A DNA stretch of 64,000 nucleotides from assembly GCA_002269645.1 (NCBI GenBank), contig NIVC01000040.1, positions 682,001 to 746,000 on the forward strand, written 5' to 3'. Position numbers and translations under genes: made by a program. The notes under the pieces were generated by a model that was not told the DNA's origin, did no database searches, and saw only the letters and a list, made by a program, of their open reading frames with translations. This document shows, piece by piece, positions 10,998 through 23,492 of this stretch. Origin of the DNA: Macrostomum lignano. Taxonomy: Eukaryota. The first letter of the stretch is position 1, and every line of letters starts with the position of its first letter.

Positions 10998-12932
10998 TTC
11001 AACGACGTCAACTTCGGCCGCCGTAGTTGATCCGCTCAATCTGCGCTGGGTGGCCGCTGAAAGCGAGCGTCGGGCGCGCGGTGGTCACTCGCCGCTGCCT
11101 GGCGACAGTCCCGAGCCCGAGCCTCCCTCCGCCAATCAGCAGCAGAAATTCGTAGCCATCTATGGAAATTTCCGGGCCGATTATAACAGGCAGACGCGCG
11201 GGGCTAGCGAGTTTAATATTGGTCAGATGCAGGACGACCGGCTGCAGCTGCTGCAGCAGGACTGGTACACGGGCAGGGACGTGTTGGATATCGGCTGCAA
11301 TGACGGCGTATTCTCAATGCGCATTGCCGAAGCTATGGGAATTAAATCGTTGACTGGTCTGGACATTGACGAGGAGCTGGTGCGCACTGCACAGAGCTAT
11401 CTTGAGGATCGCTTGCGCGAGCTTGAGAAAGAGGAGGAAGGCAAGGTGAGAAGTGTTTGTTTGAGGCTGGGTTACTCGCGACTAATAGCTGCTAGCAGTA
11501 GTTTAGGCTCTGCTCTTCGCCCGCCAGATTCTCGGTTTGCTAAGCCACCCGCCATCCTCCCAGATCCTCAGTTACTGAGCCACCAACCTCTCAGATCCTC
11601 GGTTGTTTTGCCACCAGCTTCCCAGACCCTCAGTTGCTGGGCCAGCCTCCCAGATCCTCAGTTGCTAGGCCAGCCTCCCAGATCCCCAGTTGCTGGGCCA
11701 GCCTCCCAGATCCTCAGTTGCTGGGCCAGCCTCCCAGATCCTTAGTTGCTAGGCCAGCCTCCAGATCCCCAGTTGCTGGGCCAGACTCCCAGATCCCCAG
11801 TTGCTGGGCCAGCCTCCCAGATCCTCAGTTGCTGGGCCAGCCTCCCAGATCCTCAGTTGCTGGGCCAGCCTCCCAGATCCTCAGTTGCTAGGCCAGCCTC
11901 CCAGATGCTCAAAAATGAAGTTAAACTGCTATGAGTAGAGTAAACCGCAGTTCGGAACCCTACCATTAAACGAATCTTTCCCACCCGCAGTCGCCGGACC
12001 GCGGCGGTTTCCCCTACAACATAACCTTTAAAGCCGGCAATTACGTGTTAGAAAACGAGTCGGACTTGGCCAGAGTCGAAGAGAACAAATACGACGTGAT
12101 CCAAGCGTTCAGCATCACCAAGTGGATCCATCTGAACTGGGGCGACAGAGGCCTGAAGTTATTCTTTAAACGGGCCTACCGCGAGCTGAGGCCCGACGGC
12201 AAATTCATAGTTGAGCCGCAGCCATACAAGTCCTACCAGCGCACTCTGCTATGCCCAACTCACAAGCAAAAGTATGCCAGCAATATTGAATTGAAGCCGG
12301 AACAGTTTAAACAATATTTGGAACGAGAAGTTGGATTTGCTCACATTGTGTCAGTCTGGGAGCAGCAGCAATGTCACGGATTCCAACAGCCACTGCTGCT
12401 GTGCTCGAAGCCGTCCGGCCGTACGCCAGCCCTGGCCCGGGAGACCTCGCAGCACAATTTCCGTTTATTCGTGCCCTCACATCCTTTGCGGGCTCAACTG
12501 AATCCGTCACCATATCAGACAGATTCAATCGATCAGTTTTATATTGGTAATGGCAATGGCGGGCCGGAGGATATGCTGCTCTACGATAATGAAGACGATG
12601 CCGCTCCTGATAATGAAGCTGGCGGTGTCAAGTCTGATGATGCTACTGCCAAGTCTGCAACTGTTGATGATGAAGCTAAAGATGATGGGGATGCTGAGTG
12701 ATTTTTTATTTATTAGTACCAGTAACTGTTGCCCATGAATCGCACGCATCTTTCACTTAAAGCGTAATTGTTTAGCACCTTCGCAGTTCTCTGATTTGTA
12801 TTGCTTTGAAAATTATGCTGAATTGACCTGCTTAACATAATTATTAGGAAACCCCTTAAACCTAATCCAAAATAATGCCCCAATGAAGCCTTAATCTAAA
12901 AGAATCGCCCCTAAAATCCTAATATAAAAGAA
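10998..12932 (+). other. MEPCE: 1,935-bp tandem duplicate of 9063-10997 (5'-truncated MePCE copy)
   Basis: All ORFs recur at +1935 with identical translations (9227/11162, 10110/12045, 10609/12544). The junction AAAGAA|TTCAACGACG joins the 3' flank to mid-exon 1. I saw no differences between the copies. Confidence 0.92.
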
Positions 12933-13505
12933 TCGCCCCTAAAACCCTAATCTAAAGGAATCGCCCTTAAAACCCTAATCTAAAAGAATCGCCCTTAAAA
13001 CCCTAATCTAAAAGAATCGCCCCTAAAACCCTAATCTAAAGGAATCGCCCTTAAAACCCTAATCTAAAAGAATCGCCCCTAAAACCCTAATCTAAAAGAA
13101 TCGCCCTTAAAACCCTAATCTAAAAGAAACGCCCCTAAAATCTAATTTAAAAGAATCGCCCCTAAAATCTAATTTAAAAGAATCGCCCCTAAAACCCTAA
13201 TCTAAAAGAATCGCCCCTAAAACCCTAATCTAAAAGAATCGCCCCGAAAACCCTAATCTAAAAGAATCGCCCCGAAAACCCTAATCTAAAAGAATCGCCC
13301 CGAAAACCCTAATCTAAAAGAATCGCCCCTAAAACCCTAATCTAAAAGAATCGCCCCGAAAACCCTAATCTAAAAGAAACGCCCCTAAAATCTAATTTAA
13401 AAGAATCGCCCCTAAAATCTAATCTAAAAGAATCGCCCCTAAAACCCTAATCTAAAAGAATCGCCCCGAAAACCCTAATCTAAAAGAATCGCCCCTAAAA
13501 CCATA
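12890..13505. repeat. 28-bp minisatellite (~22 copies)
   Basis: Unit AATCGCCCCTAAAACCCTAATCTAAAAG; most units contain one CCCTAA hexamer. Confidence 0.95.
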
Positions 13506-14130
13506 ATATACTGTCACTGTTCGCTAAAAAATGTACATTTTTTTGCAATTTTAAAAAGTGCAAATGTTGGCATTAAAGTTCTGCATATTTTATTATGCTT
13601 ATCTACATATACTTCAGTTAATTAGTTAAATTCATTGGTAATAAGTATTCTATTGTAGTACGAGTATATTTGTGTACTGTATTAACACTCATAAATTATA
13701 GTATTTATAGTAGTGCACTCCAGTCAGTGTTGCTACAGGCTGCGTTTTTAACGCAGCTGCGTTTTTTCTTTGAAAAATCTGCGTTTGTGCGTTTTTTTCT
13801 GCGTTTTTTTTCATTCTGCGTTTTTACTTGCTAGCTGTTTTGTTGGTGACTTAAGTGGTCCTTTTTGCTGTTGTATTATCTAAAATCCCACGTTTTATGT
13901 TTGTTGCATCAGCTTTGTTTATCTTAAAATCCATTGTTTGAAAAATACAAAGAAAACTACTTCCTGCATTTGGGGTCGCTTCACAAGCTCGAAATTTCAC
14001 AACCTCGAAAAGCACATCCTTTCATAAATCCGAAACTTCATAGGCTCGAAAATTCACAACCTCGAAGACCATTTTAGCAGCCAACTTCATAAGCTCAATT
14101 AAATTAATTTGGTAACGCAACAATTGTAAT

Positions 14131-16593
14131 ATGTCCATTTATGCGAGCTTCAACTGCCCTTCATCATTCATGTCGCTATCGAAAGTTCGAGCCACAAAGT
14201 TTGTGGACTCCTGGTGCAACCGAACGGCCCATAACCAGCAGTGCAGCCTCTGGCTCCAGCCTGACCCAAAAGACGCTTGTCGGGCCTACTGCTCAATTTG
14301 TGCCAAAGATTTCCAAATCGGCTCAGCTGGCTTTGGAGCGGTAGAAAATCATGCGAAGAGCAAGAAGCATTCTGATCGCTATATGCTCAAGCTCCAAAAG
14401 GAAAGCTCGGCGACGTCCATCAATTTTTATTTCAAGCCCCAGAGGTCGTCAACCTCCAATCCTAGTGCTGATGGCACAAATAGCGATACCACAACTGAAA
14501 AGCCAAGCACTTTAGATGCCAAAGTCATGAAGGCCGAGCTGAGGCACGCTCTGAATATTGTGGAGCACCATCGGTCATTCGCCTCTGCTGACCACGGAAT
14601 ATACAAGACCATGTTTCCGGACAGCCAAATTGCCCAAAAATTCAAATGCCAGCGGCAGAAGACCACCTACTTGGTAACAGAGGCAATCGCTCCAACCATT
14701 CGGAATGAAATTATACAAGACATTAACTCTGGAAGCGGCTATTTTAGCCTAGCCATAGACGAATCTAACCAGGCGATGGGCTCGCAGAAGTTTTTAAGTA
14801 TTGTAGTGTCATTCATTTCCATCACGAAGAAGAAACTTCTCATACTGCCTCTCAAGACTGTGAGCATTCCTGATGGGCGAGCCGCAACTCTGGAAGCTGC
14901 CGTCGCGAACACCTGCAACGAATTAGGCCTTCGGTTCAAATCGTGCGTCTGTGTTATGTCTGATGGCCCATCGGTGATGACAGGGCGGCATGGTGGGTTC
15001 CACACCCTCATGGACAAACATGCACCCCATCTACTCAAAATGGCCACGTGCTCACTCCACCATGTTTCGAATGCCGCGCGGGCTGCATGTGACAAGCTCG
15101 GGAAAAAAGCCGAAAACCTGGCTGATCTTGTTCACTCGTACTTTCTGTACACATCTCGCTGGACTAGGTACGAGCATGTGCAAGACATGCTTGAATTGCA
15201 GTCGCACAGGTTTTTGCGACGTGTTGAAACTAGGTGGATACAGCTTTTGCCGGTGGTTAACAGGCTTGTTGAGCAGTTGGAAGGACTCCGTGAGTTTTTT
15301 CTAAAGAGGCTGCGCCTGGAAAATCCCAATGATTTGAAAAAAAGAATCGGTCCAGTCTATCCAGTCACTCCTAGCTGATGATGAAGTTGAATTCGATCTT
15401 CTTTTCCTCCAGGCTGTGCTGCCAATGTTGGACAAGTTTGAGAAAGCATTCCAAGGTAACAACGTCAAGATCCATTTGATGTACATTGAGCTCCGTATGT
15501 TGTTCAAGGAACTACTGGCCTGCTTCTTAACAAAGGAGCACGTGGCTTCTAATGCCAAGCATTTATCTAGAATGAAGTTCCCATTTGAAGCATGCTTACC
15601 AGACAATCAAGTCTTCATTGGCGAGAAGGCGCGCAACTTTCTTTCGACTCGTGAGAGTGCTGATGTCAAGAAGGTCTGTATCGTGCGCGCGAGACAGTTC
15701 TACAACGAGCTGACACAATACCTCCAATCCCATCTCCCACTGGCAAATGCTGCTTTGAGGTGCGCACAATTTCTTGACCCATCGAAGGTTTCGTTGGTTG
15801 ACAGCTCGTACCCGGTTGGATTGGCTAAAGAAATGCATTTCTCGGAGCAAGACATTTCGACCATTGACACTGACTTTCGGCGACTTTCATTGGCACTGTG
15901 TTCGAAAGACTGTGATAAGCTGCAGGACGTTGAGGTACTTGATTTCTGGCTTCCAGTCGTAAATGCTACACTGAGCGGTGTTGGTACTGCGGAGGAAGGT
16001 AGTGTGTACGAATACCCTGCACTGCGCAAATTGGTGCTTGCCGCTCTTCCATCCCGCATGGCAATGCGGCAGTGGAGCGTGTGTTTGCCGATCTTACAGA
16101 CCTTTTTTCAAAGAAAAGAAGCAATCTGGACATCCGCACCATAGATGGCTGTCTGCTTACCCGAGGTTTCCTGAAGTCGACCGGTTTGACTTGTGAAACG
16201 TTTCACTTCAATGACGCGTACATCAACGCAGGCTTTCATGCTCGGCACAGCTGGAAGCAGCACCTGGAGCGGCAGCGGGAGGAGAATGAGGAGAAGCAGA
16301 AGAAGTTGGCAAAGGAGAGAGAGTTGGCAGTAGAAATTGCACAGGAAATTAAGAAGGCAACACACTCTGCACAGTTGCAGGCAAAGGAGGAGAGCATACG
16401 GAAGAGGAGACTGGAGGTAGATGCGCAAGCGGACAGAGCTGCCGCAATGCTTGACGAATATCAGCGACAGGTAGCTGCCCTAGCGATTGAGCGCAAGACA
16501 CTGGAGAAGGAGACTGAGGGCCTCAAAGAGAAAAAGAGAAAGTTGGAGGAGAAGGCGACCAAGTCTACCATCGCCAGTTATTTCAAAAAGTGA
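14131..16593 (+). CDS. hAT transposase with two compensating frameshifts
   Basis: BED-like zinc finger (YCSICAKDF..NHAKSKKH), FSLAIDES (D1), MSDGPSVMTGRHGG (D2), CSLHH (CxxH), TRW, and SIPHGNAAVERVFA (catalytic E, dimerisation domain), then a charged coiled-coil tail. Extra A in the A7 run 15337-15343 and a missing T at ~16047; ORF1 and ORF3 share a frame. Confidence 0.9.
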
Positions 16594-17160
16594 CGCCGGT
16601 AACTTTTGGTAACAATGATTTTTGGGCTTACATAGACATAAATAGATAGGCAGTGTTGGGCAAGTTCACGAAAAAGGAACTTTCGTACAACGAACTTTTG
16701 AACTTTATGCAAGGGCATTTCCTACTTGGTCAGTCATGCTCGAGTAACAACCATTTCTTTACCTCATTCTACTGCCAAACAGTTAAAAAAGATCTCATTC
16801 TGCTATTCTTTCAATATCATTTTAAAAATGAATTGAACTTTTCCAAAAATGAACTTTGCCAAACACTGCATATGGGGATACAGGGTTTGCAACAAAGATG
16901 CATCCAGGTATGATCTAGGCATCAGTTTTATTTTACATGCATTTTATTACGAACAGCTATGCTCGCAATCTTGCTCTTTGAGTGACTGAGAGGGTAGAGA
17001 CAGTGAGAACTGAAAGAGTAACAGATGACATGAATTTTTACATTTATTCTTCAAGTTGTTGCATTGTTGTTGTCGTGCTGTTTCCATGTATGTTTGCATC
17101 GGCCATCGATCGAGATACACATATTGCACGTATACGTACTCACTGTCGCTCTTATATGTA

Positions 17161-17521
17161 TAGGTTGTCCAATGTCTAGAAAGTTCTGTCCATTTTTTTA
17201 TACAAATGTTCGTCGAGTCGAAAAAGTTGCCGATCTCCGAGATGAGGGCCAGTTCGTTGTTGAAGCTCTTGCCTTGCAGATGCCGGTCAATGGCGCGGAA
17301 TAGATAGATAGGGCAAGCAGTGCAAAAGGTGCTCATTATCATGTGCCATTCTTTGCTGGAAAGAAGCAACTTTCAGTTAGATGCAGGTGGTGGTAGAAAG
17401 GTGAGTAACATGTATTGCTAATAGGCAAATATGAACAACAATGGATAATAGATAAGTAAGTTTTAGTATAAGGAAGTTAGACCATGTGAAAAAATCGGAC
17501 AGAACTTTCTGGACAACCCAA
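17161..17521 (-). mobile_element. Internally deleted mariner element nested in the hAT
   Basis: Mariner-type end TTGGGTTGTCCAGAAAGTTCTGTCCGATTTTT at the right, a degenerate match at 17161, TA flanks. Minus frame YLFRAIDRHLQGKSFNNELALISEIGNFFDS resembles the mariner transposase C-terminus (YHLFRSL..L.GK.F.N..E....FF.S). Confidence 0.75.
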
Positions 17522-18649
17522 TAAGTGCAGGATAAGTTGCGTATCCTAGTTTGTCTGTTAGCCAATATCCATCGGCCAATTTTTGTGCACTCGCTGGCCG
17601 CTGCTGATTAAAGAGGAAATACATAAATTTTTGCATGTGACCATTTATGACATCTGCTGGTTGGCTGGTAGCCGTGTTGATTTTGGAATAAAATGTACTG
17701 ATGTACTCTCAGCCTTTTTACTATCGTATTGCTCAGCATCGTCGTGATTTTCTATTATGCATTAGATATAAGAACATGTTTCGTTGCTAATGTATCTTGT
17801 TGTTAATCATCCTAGGGCTGCTAGTCACTTGTGTGCATTTATACAGTATAGTTGTATGTCCAGGGCACAGTGCTAGGATGTTTCAGGGCCTAGATCATTT
17901 CTCTGTATTCTACTAATAGTGCAATGTAAATTTGTTCCTCGAACTCCTTGATGTCGTTCATCATTATTTACTCAACAGACAAGGGTACAGCCTGCAGTTG
18001 TGCAACTCGAGAACAGCTTCTTAATACTTGTATTAGCTACTGACTGGCATCTAACATGTAATGTACTAGCAGTTCGCATCTAAAAATTAAGGACAGCAGG
18101 CTTCGGATTTGTTAAGAAAATTGTTTCTTTACACGGTGCCGTGTACATATGCAAAAACACAGAGCACACCCACGTAGGCAGGGCAGAGGCATGAATGTAC
18201 AATAGAGTAGTTCTGAGCTTCATTATAATTTTTAGTACTGCCTGCGTTTTTTTTATCGGCTGCGTCTATTTTTTTTTCAAATGCCTGTAGCAACACTGAC
18301 TCCAGTACAAAACGTTGCCTTTGCTTTTAACTGCTGTTGTTGCTATGCTAAATTCAGTTGGCAGCTAACTCTGCTAGCGTTTGCTTCTTGATAATTCTTT
18401 CCTAATCTGGTGTTTGCATTGTTTGTAAGCAAATGCTTTATTTTATTTTCCTGTATATAATTTACTGTTAGTGTTTGCTTATAATTTGCTGCATTATAAA
18501 TATAAATATATTATATATTCGTCACTAAATTGTTATGTTGCCAATTTAGTGACTTAGTTAGGCTGATCTTGGCTCGGCATTATATTGTATATTCAATCTA
18601 ATGGTGTTCACTCGAGTTAATTATTTCATAGTCAAGTAAGTTCTACAGG

Positions 18650-20410
18650 TTCTGTGTACTTGAGTGAGTTCTGCTGTAGATCTGTGTACTCGAGTGAGTT
18701 CTGCTGTAGATCTGTGTACTCGAGTGAGTTCTGCTGTAGATCTGTGTACTCGAGTGAGTTCTGCTGTAGATCTGTGTACTCGACTGAGTTCTGCTGTAGA
18801 TCTGTGTACTCGAGTGAGTTCTGCTGTAGATCTGTGTACTCGAGTGAGTTCTGCTGTAGATCTGTGTACTCGAGTGAGTTCTGCTGTAGATCTGTGTACT
18901 CACTGAGTTCTGCTGTAGATCTATGTACTTGAGTGAGTTCTGCTGTAGATCTGTGTACTCACTGAGTTCTGCTGTAGATCTGTGTACTCGAGTGAGTTCT
19001 GCTGTAGATCTGTGTACTCAAGTGAGTTCTGCTGTAGATCTGTGTACTCACTGAGTTCTGCTGTAGATCTATGTACTTGACTGAGTTATGCTGTAGATCT
19101 GTGTACTCGAGTGAGTTCTGCTGTAGATCTGTGTACTCAAGTGAGTTCTGCTGTAGATCTGTGTACTCACTGAGTTCTGCTGTAGATCTGTGTACTCACT
19201 GAGTTCTGCTGTAGATCTGTGTACTCACTGAGTTCTGCTGTAGATCTGTGTACTTGAGTGAGTTCTGCTGTAGATCTGTGTACTCGAGTGATTTCTGCTG
19301 TAGATCTGTGTACTTGAGTGAGTTCTGCTGTAGATCTGTGTACTCGAGTGATTTCTGCTGTAGATCTGTGTACTCAAGTGAGTTCTGCTGTAGATCTGTG
19401 TACTCACTGAGTTCTGCTGTAGATCTGTGTACTCACTGAGTTCTGCTGTAGATCTGTGTACTCACTGAGTTCTGCTGTAGATCTGTGTACTTGAGTGAGT
19501 TCTGCTGTAGATCTGTGTACTCAAGTGAGTTCTGCTGTAGATCTGTGTACTCGACTGAGTTCTGCTGTAGATCTGTGTACTCGAGTGAGTTCTGCTGTAG
19601 ATCTGTGTACTCGAGTGAGTTCTGCTGTAGATCTGTGTACTTGAGTGAGTTCTGCTGTAGATCTGTGTACTCACTGAGTTCTGCTGTAGATCTGTGTACT
19701 CGAGTGAGTTCTGCTGTAGATCTGTGTACTCAAGTGAGTTATGCTGTAGATCTGTGTACTCAAGTGAGTTCTGCTGTAGATCTGTGTAATCGACTGAGTT
19801 CTGCTGTAGATCTGTGTACGCGGCTGAGTTCTGCTGTAGATCTGTGTACTCGAGTGAGTTCTGCTGTAGATCTGTGTACTCAAGTGAGTTCTGCTGTAGA
19901 TCTGTGTACTCACTGAGTTCTGCTGTAGATCTGTGTACTCGACTGAGTTCTGCTGTAGATCTGTGTACTCGAGTGAGTTCTGCTGTAGATCTGTGTACTC
20001 AAGTGAGTTCTGCTGTAGATCTGTGTACTCGACTGAGTTCTGCTGTAGATCTGTGTACGCGGCTGAGTTCTGCTGTAGATCTGTGTACTCGAGTGAGTTC
20101 TGCTGTAGATCTGTGTACTCAAGTGAGTTCTGCTGTAGATCTGTGTACTCACTGAGTTCTGCTGTAGATCTGTGTACTCGACTGAGTTCTGCTGTAGATC
20201 TGTGTACTTGACTGAGTTCTGCTGTAGATCTGTGTACTCGACTGAGTTATGCTGTAGATCTGTGTACTCGACTGAGTTCTGCTGTAGATCTGTGTACGCG
20301 GCTGAGTTCTGTTCTGCAGACCTGTGTACTCGGCTGAGTTCTGTTCTGCAGACCTGTGTACTCGGCTGAGTTCTGTTCTGCAGACCTGTGTACTCGGGTG
20401 AGCACTGCAG
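18650..20410. repeat. 30-bp minisatellite (~58 copies, with 29-bp variants)
   Basis: Unit GAGTGAGTTCTGCTGTAGATCTGTGTACTC; explains all STQIYSRTH / SEFCCRSVY ORFs. Confidence 0.97.
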
Positions 20411-20816
20411 ATGAATTGTTTTGTTGATGCCACTGTTAAAACTACAAGCGTGTGTTAATGCTGTTGTTATGGAACTGAGAACAGTTCAGTCAGTTAATAT
20501 TAATTGATCCTCATCATAGCGGCTATACAATGGCTTTCTGCCAATCCTTATTTGAGTGAATTTACTGCATTCAGTGAGCAAATACAATTAGATAAGCGCT
20601 TATTGTTATTAGCTGACAATAGAATTCCTTTATTATGACATGGCTGAGAAGTTTCCTACAATGCTGAGAATATTGATTCTCATGCAAAACATCCTAATAA
20701 GCACAAGCAGCATTCTTAGACAAAAGCATAAATTATCAATAAATACTCGCTCGTCTAGAATGAGGAGACTTGGCCTTTTCTAGCTTGCTTTTCTAAGCTC
20801 CCAGAAGACTAAAAGA

Positions 20817-22534
20817 ATGCTGTTGATAACCATAATTTCTGTTGCTGTGAACGTTGGCGCTTGCGCACTAGGCGAAGGTAAGGAAGTTCACTTTTCACCC
20901 ATCTAAAAAATTCCCCTCGTACTACTTATAGCAACTACTACATAATAAATCGTGCTTTTTTCGATGACTTTTAACAGACTTCTCCAGCTATCCAGCGCCG
21001 GAAACGGCTACAGCTTTGCTGACGACTCCAGCTGTGTCTGCTCCTGGCCGCAGCGAGGCAGACTGCGTACTACAGTGCTCTGCAGTCTCACCCTGCATCT
21101 GCGGCGCTGTCGCCTTCGTGAGCAGAACGGGTATCGGTCTGTGCCTGTTCTTTCCCGATCGCAATGTCAACAAAGCCGCGTCGACGGAAAATGCCATTGT
21201 CTATCGAAGATTGAAGCTGGAATCTCCGCATGGAGACTGTGAGTGAAAATGTTCATGAGAGTGAGAGGGAAATGAAATGTTCCACTATGTGCAATATATA
21301 GTTTTTATTGAAGTCCTCCTCTAGAACTGTTGTGTACTTCTAAACTGCAAAGCTTCAATCGACATACTGTAAGACCTGTATGATGAATTATTAATCTTCA
21401 AAAGGCGATATAAAAAACTGATGCAGGCATCAAACCGAGTTGGAGTACAAGTTTCGTGCAGCTGGGCAGCAGAAGATTCGTCATCATACAGCAGAGATCG
21501 AATGGCAGGCTGAGCTTCGAACGAAATTGGACCGAATATGAGAATGGATTCGGCGACGCTGAGGAGTTTTGGGTTGGTGAGTCTTTATTGAATACCGTGG
21601 AGCTATGCTCAAACTGTTTTCAATCCTGCGAACCTTCAATCCTGTGAACATTCGATCTTGTGAACCTTCAATCCTGTGAACTTTCAATCCTTTGAACCTT
21701 TGATCTGGGGAAATTCGATTTTGTGAACCTTCAATCCTGTGAGACTTCAATACTGTGAACCTTCGATCCTGTGAACCTTCCATCCTGTGAACCTTCTATC
21801 CTGTGAACCTTCGATCCTGTGAACCTTCCATCCTGTGAACCTTCCATCCTGTGAACCTTTGATCCTGTGAACCTTCAATCCTGCGAACCTTCAATCCTGT
21901 GAACCTTCAATCCTGTGAACCTTCGATCCTGTGAACTTTCGATTTTTTGAGCCTTTAATCCTGTGAGCCTTAAATCCTGTGAACATTCGATTCTGTGAAA
22001 CTTAGATTCTGTGAACCTTCGATTCTGTGAACCTTAGATTCTGTGAACCTTAGATTCTGTGAACTTTCGATACTCTAAGAAAAGCAACTGACCGACCGCC
22101 TTGAAAATATCACAGGACTACGTGCTATTCATCACGTGACTGGCAGTTCGCCGAGACAGCTAAGAGTCGAAGCCGTCTCCCATTCCAACATCCTGTACGT
22201 GGCCGAGTACTCCCACTTCAGCGTAGCCGGTTCCGACACAAACTACGTTATGACCTATAAATCTTATTTGAGCGGCCACTCAAACACGACCGGAGATTCG
22301 CTTAGCACTCACAAAGGCATGCAGTTCTCAGCTATGGACAGGGACAATGACAAGAATAGCGGTTCCTGCTCCCAGACTAGGGGCAACGCAGGCTGGTGGC
22401 TCAACTCGTGCCTGCAGAGCAATCCAAACGGAATCTACGGCGAGTACGCTGGATCCGTCTACGGCAGAATGCTCTGGAGCCATGCTGACGACTGGAACCC
22501 GCTGAAATCTATTCGACTGATGCTGCTCGTGTAG
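20817..22534 (+). CDS. Secreted PAN/apple-like + fibrinogen C-terminal domain (FReD) protein, 4 exons
   Basis: Exon 1 20817-20877 signal peptide MLLITIISVAVNVGACALGE; exon 2 20978-21238 SEADCVLQCSAVSPCICGAVAF..LCLFF; exon 3 21427-21576 FVIIQQRSNGRLSFERNWTEYENGFGDAEEFWVG; exon 4 22116-22534 LRAIHHVT..GDSLSTHKGMQFSAMDRDND..C..GWWLNSCLQSNPNG. All introns phase 1 with GT-AG. The FReD is certain; the PAN call is from Cys spacing. Confidence 0.88.
21625..22075. repeat. 16-bp minisatellite in FReD intron 3
   Basis: Unit TGTGAACCTTCAATCC. Confidence 0.93.
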
Positions 22535-22595
22535 AGAAATGATTGGATTCGACTGAACTCTGAAAATAACTACTCGTATAATTAATCAAGAACTT

Positions 22596-23110
22596 CGGGA
22601 CTATCGGGACTATATCAGGACTATCGGGACTATCGGGACTATCGGGACTATATCGGGACTATCGGGACTATATCGAGACTATCGGGACTATCTGGACTAT
22701 ATCGGGACTATCGGGACTATATCAGGACTATCGGGACTATATCGGGACTATCGGGACTATCTGGACTATATCGGGACTATCGGGACTATATCGAGACTAT
22801 CGGGACTATCTGGACTATATCGGGACTATCGGGACCTTCGGGATTGTCGGGATCTTTGGGACTATCAGGACCTTCAGGACCGTTGGGACCGTCAGGACTA
22901 TCGGGACCTTCAGGACTGTCGGGACCTTCGGGACTGTTAGGACCTTTAAGACTACATATATCACCTTCAGGACTATCGGGACCTTCAAGGCTACATGTAT
23001 CAGTACCATCGGGACCTTCGAGACTATTGGGACCTTCGGGACTATCGGGACTATCGCGACTATCGGGACTATCGGGACCTTCAGGACCGTTGGGACCTTC
23101 GGGACTATAT
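22596..23110. repeat. 9-11-bp tandem repeat (GGGACTATC)n
   Basis: Explains the collagen-like GPSGLS ORF 22844-23140. Confidence 0.9.
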
Positions 23111-23492
23111 TATATACCTGTTAGTGTCTGTGCTACCTGATCCTATATTACATACCTGTTAGTGTCTGTGCTACCTGATCCTATATTATACATACCTGTT
23201 AGTGTCTGTGCTACCTGATCCTATATTATATACCTGTTAGTGTCTGTGCTACCTGATCCTATATTATATACCTGTTAGTGTCTGTGCTACCTGATCCTAT
23301 ATTATATACCTGTTAGTGTCTGTGCTACCTGATCCTATATTATATACCTGTTAGTGTCTGTGCTACCTGATCCTATATTATATACCTGTTAGTGTCTGTG
23401 CTACCTGATCCTATATTATATACCTGTTAGTGTCTGTGCTACCTGATCCTATATTATATACCTGTTAGTGTCTGTGCTACCTGATCCTATAT
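23110..23492. repeat. 38-bp minisatellite (~10 near-identical copies)
   Basis: Unit TATACCTGTTAGTGTCTGTGCTACCTGATCCTATATTA. Confidence 0.95.

Larger units (their letters stand above)
13725..18298 (+). mobile_element. Full-length hAT-superfamily DNA transposon (4,574 bp)
   Basis: Perfect 16-bp TIRs CAGTGTTGCTACAGGC / GCCTGTAGCAACACTG; perfect 8-bp TSD ACTCCAGT (13717-13724, 18299-18306); subterminal CTGCGTTTT motifs at both ends; internal transposase. Confidence 0.95.

Noticed and set aside
22844-23140. Collagen-like GPSGLS ORF next to the FReD gene (ficolin-like arrangement)
   Set aside because: It lies downstream of the FReD stop codon and derives from the (GGGACTATC)n repeat.
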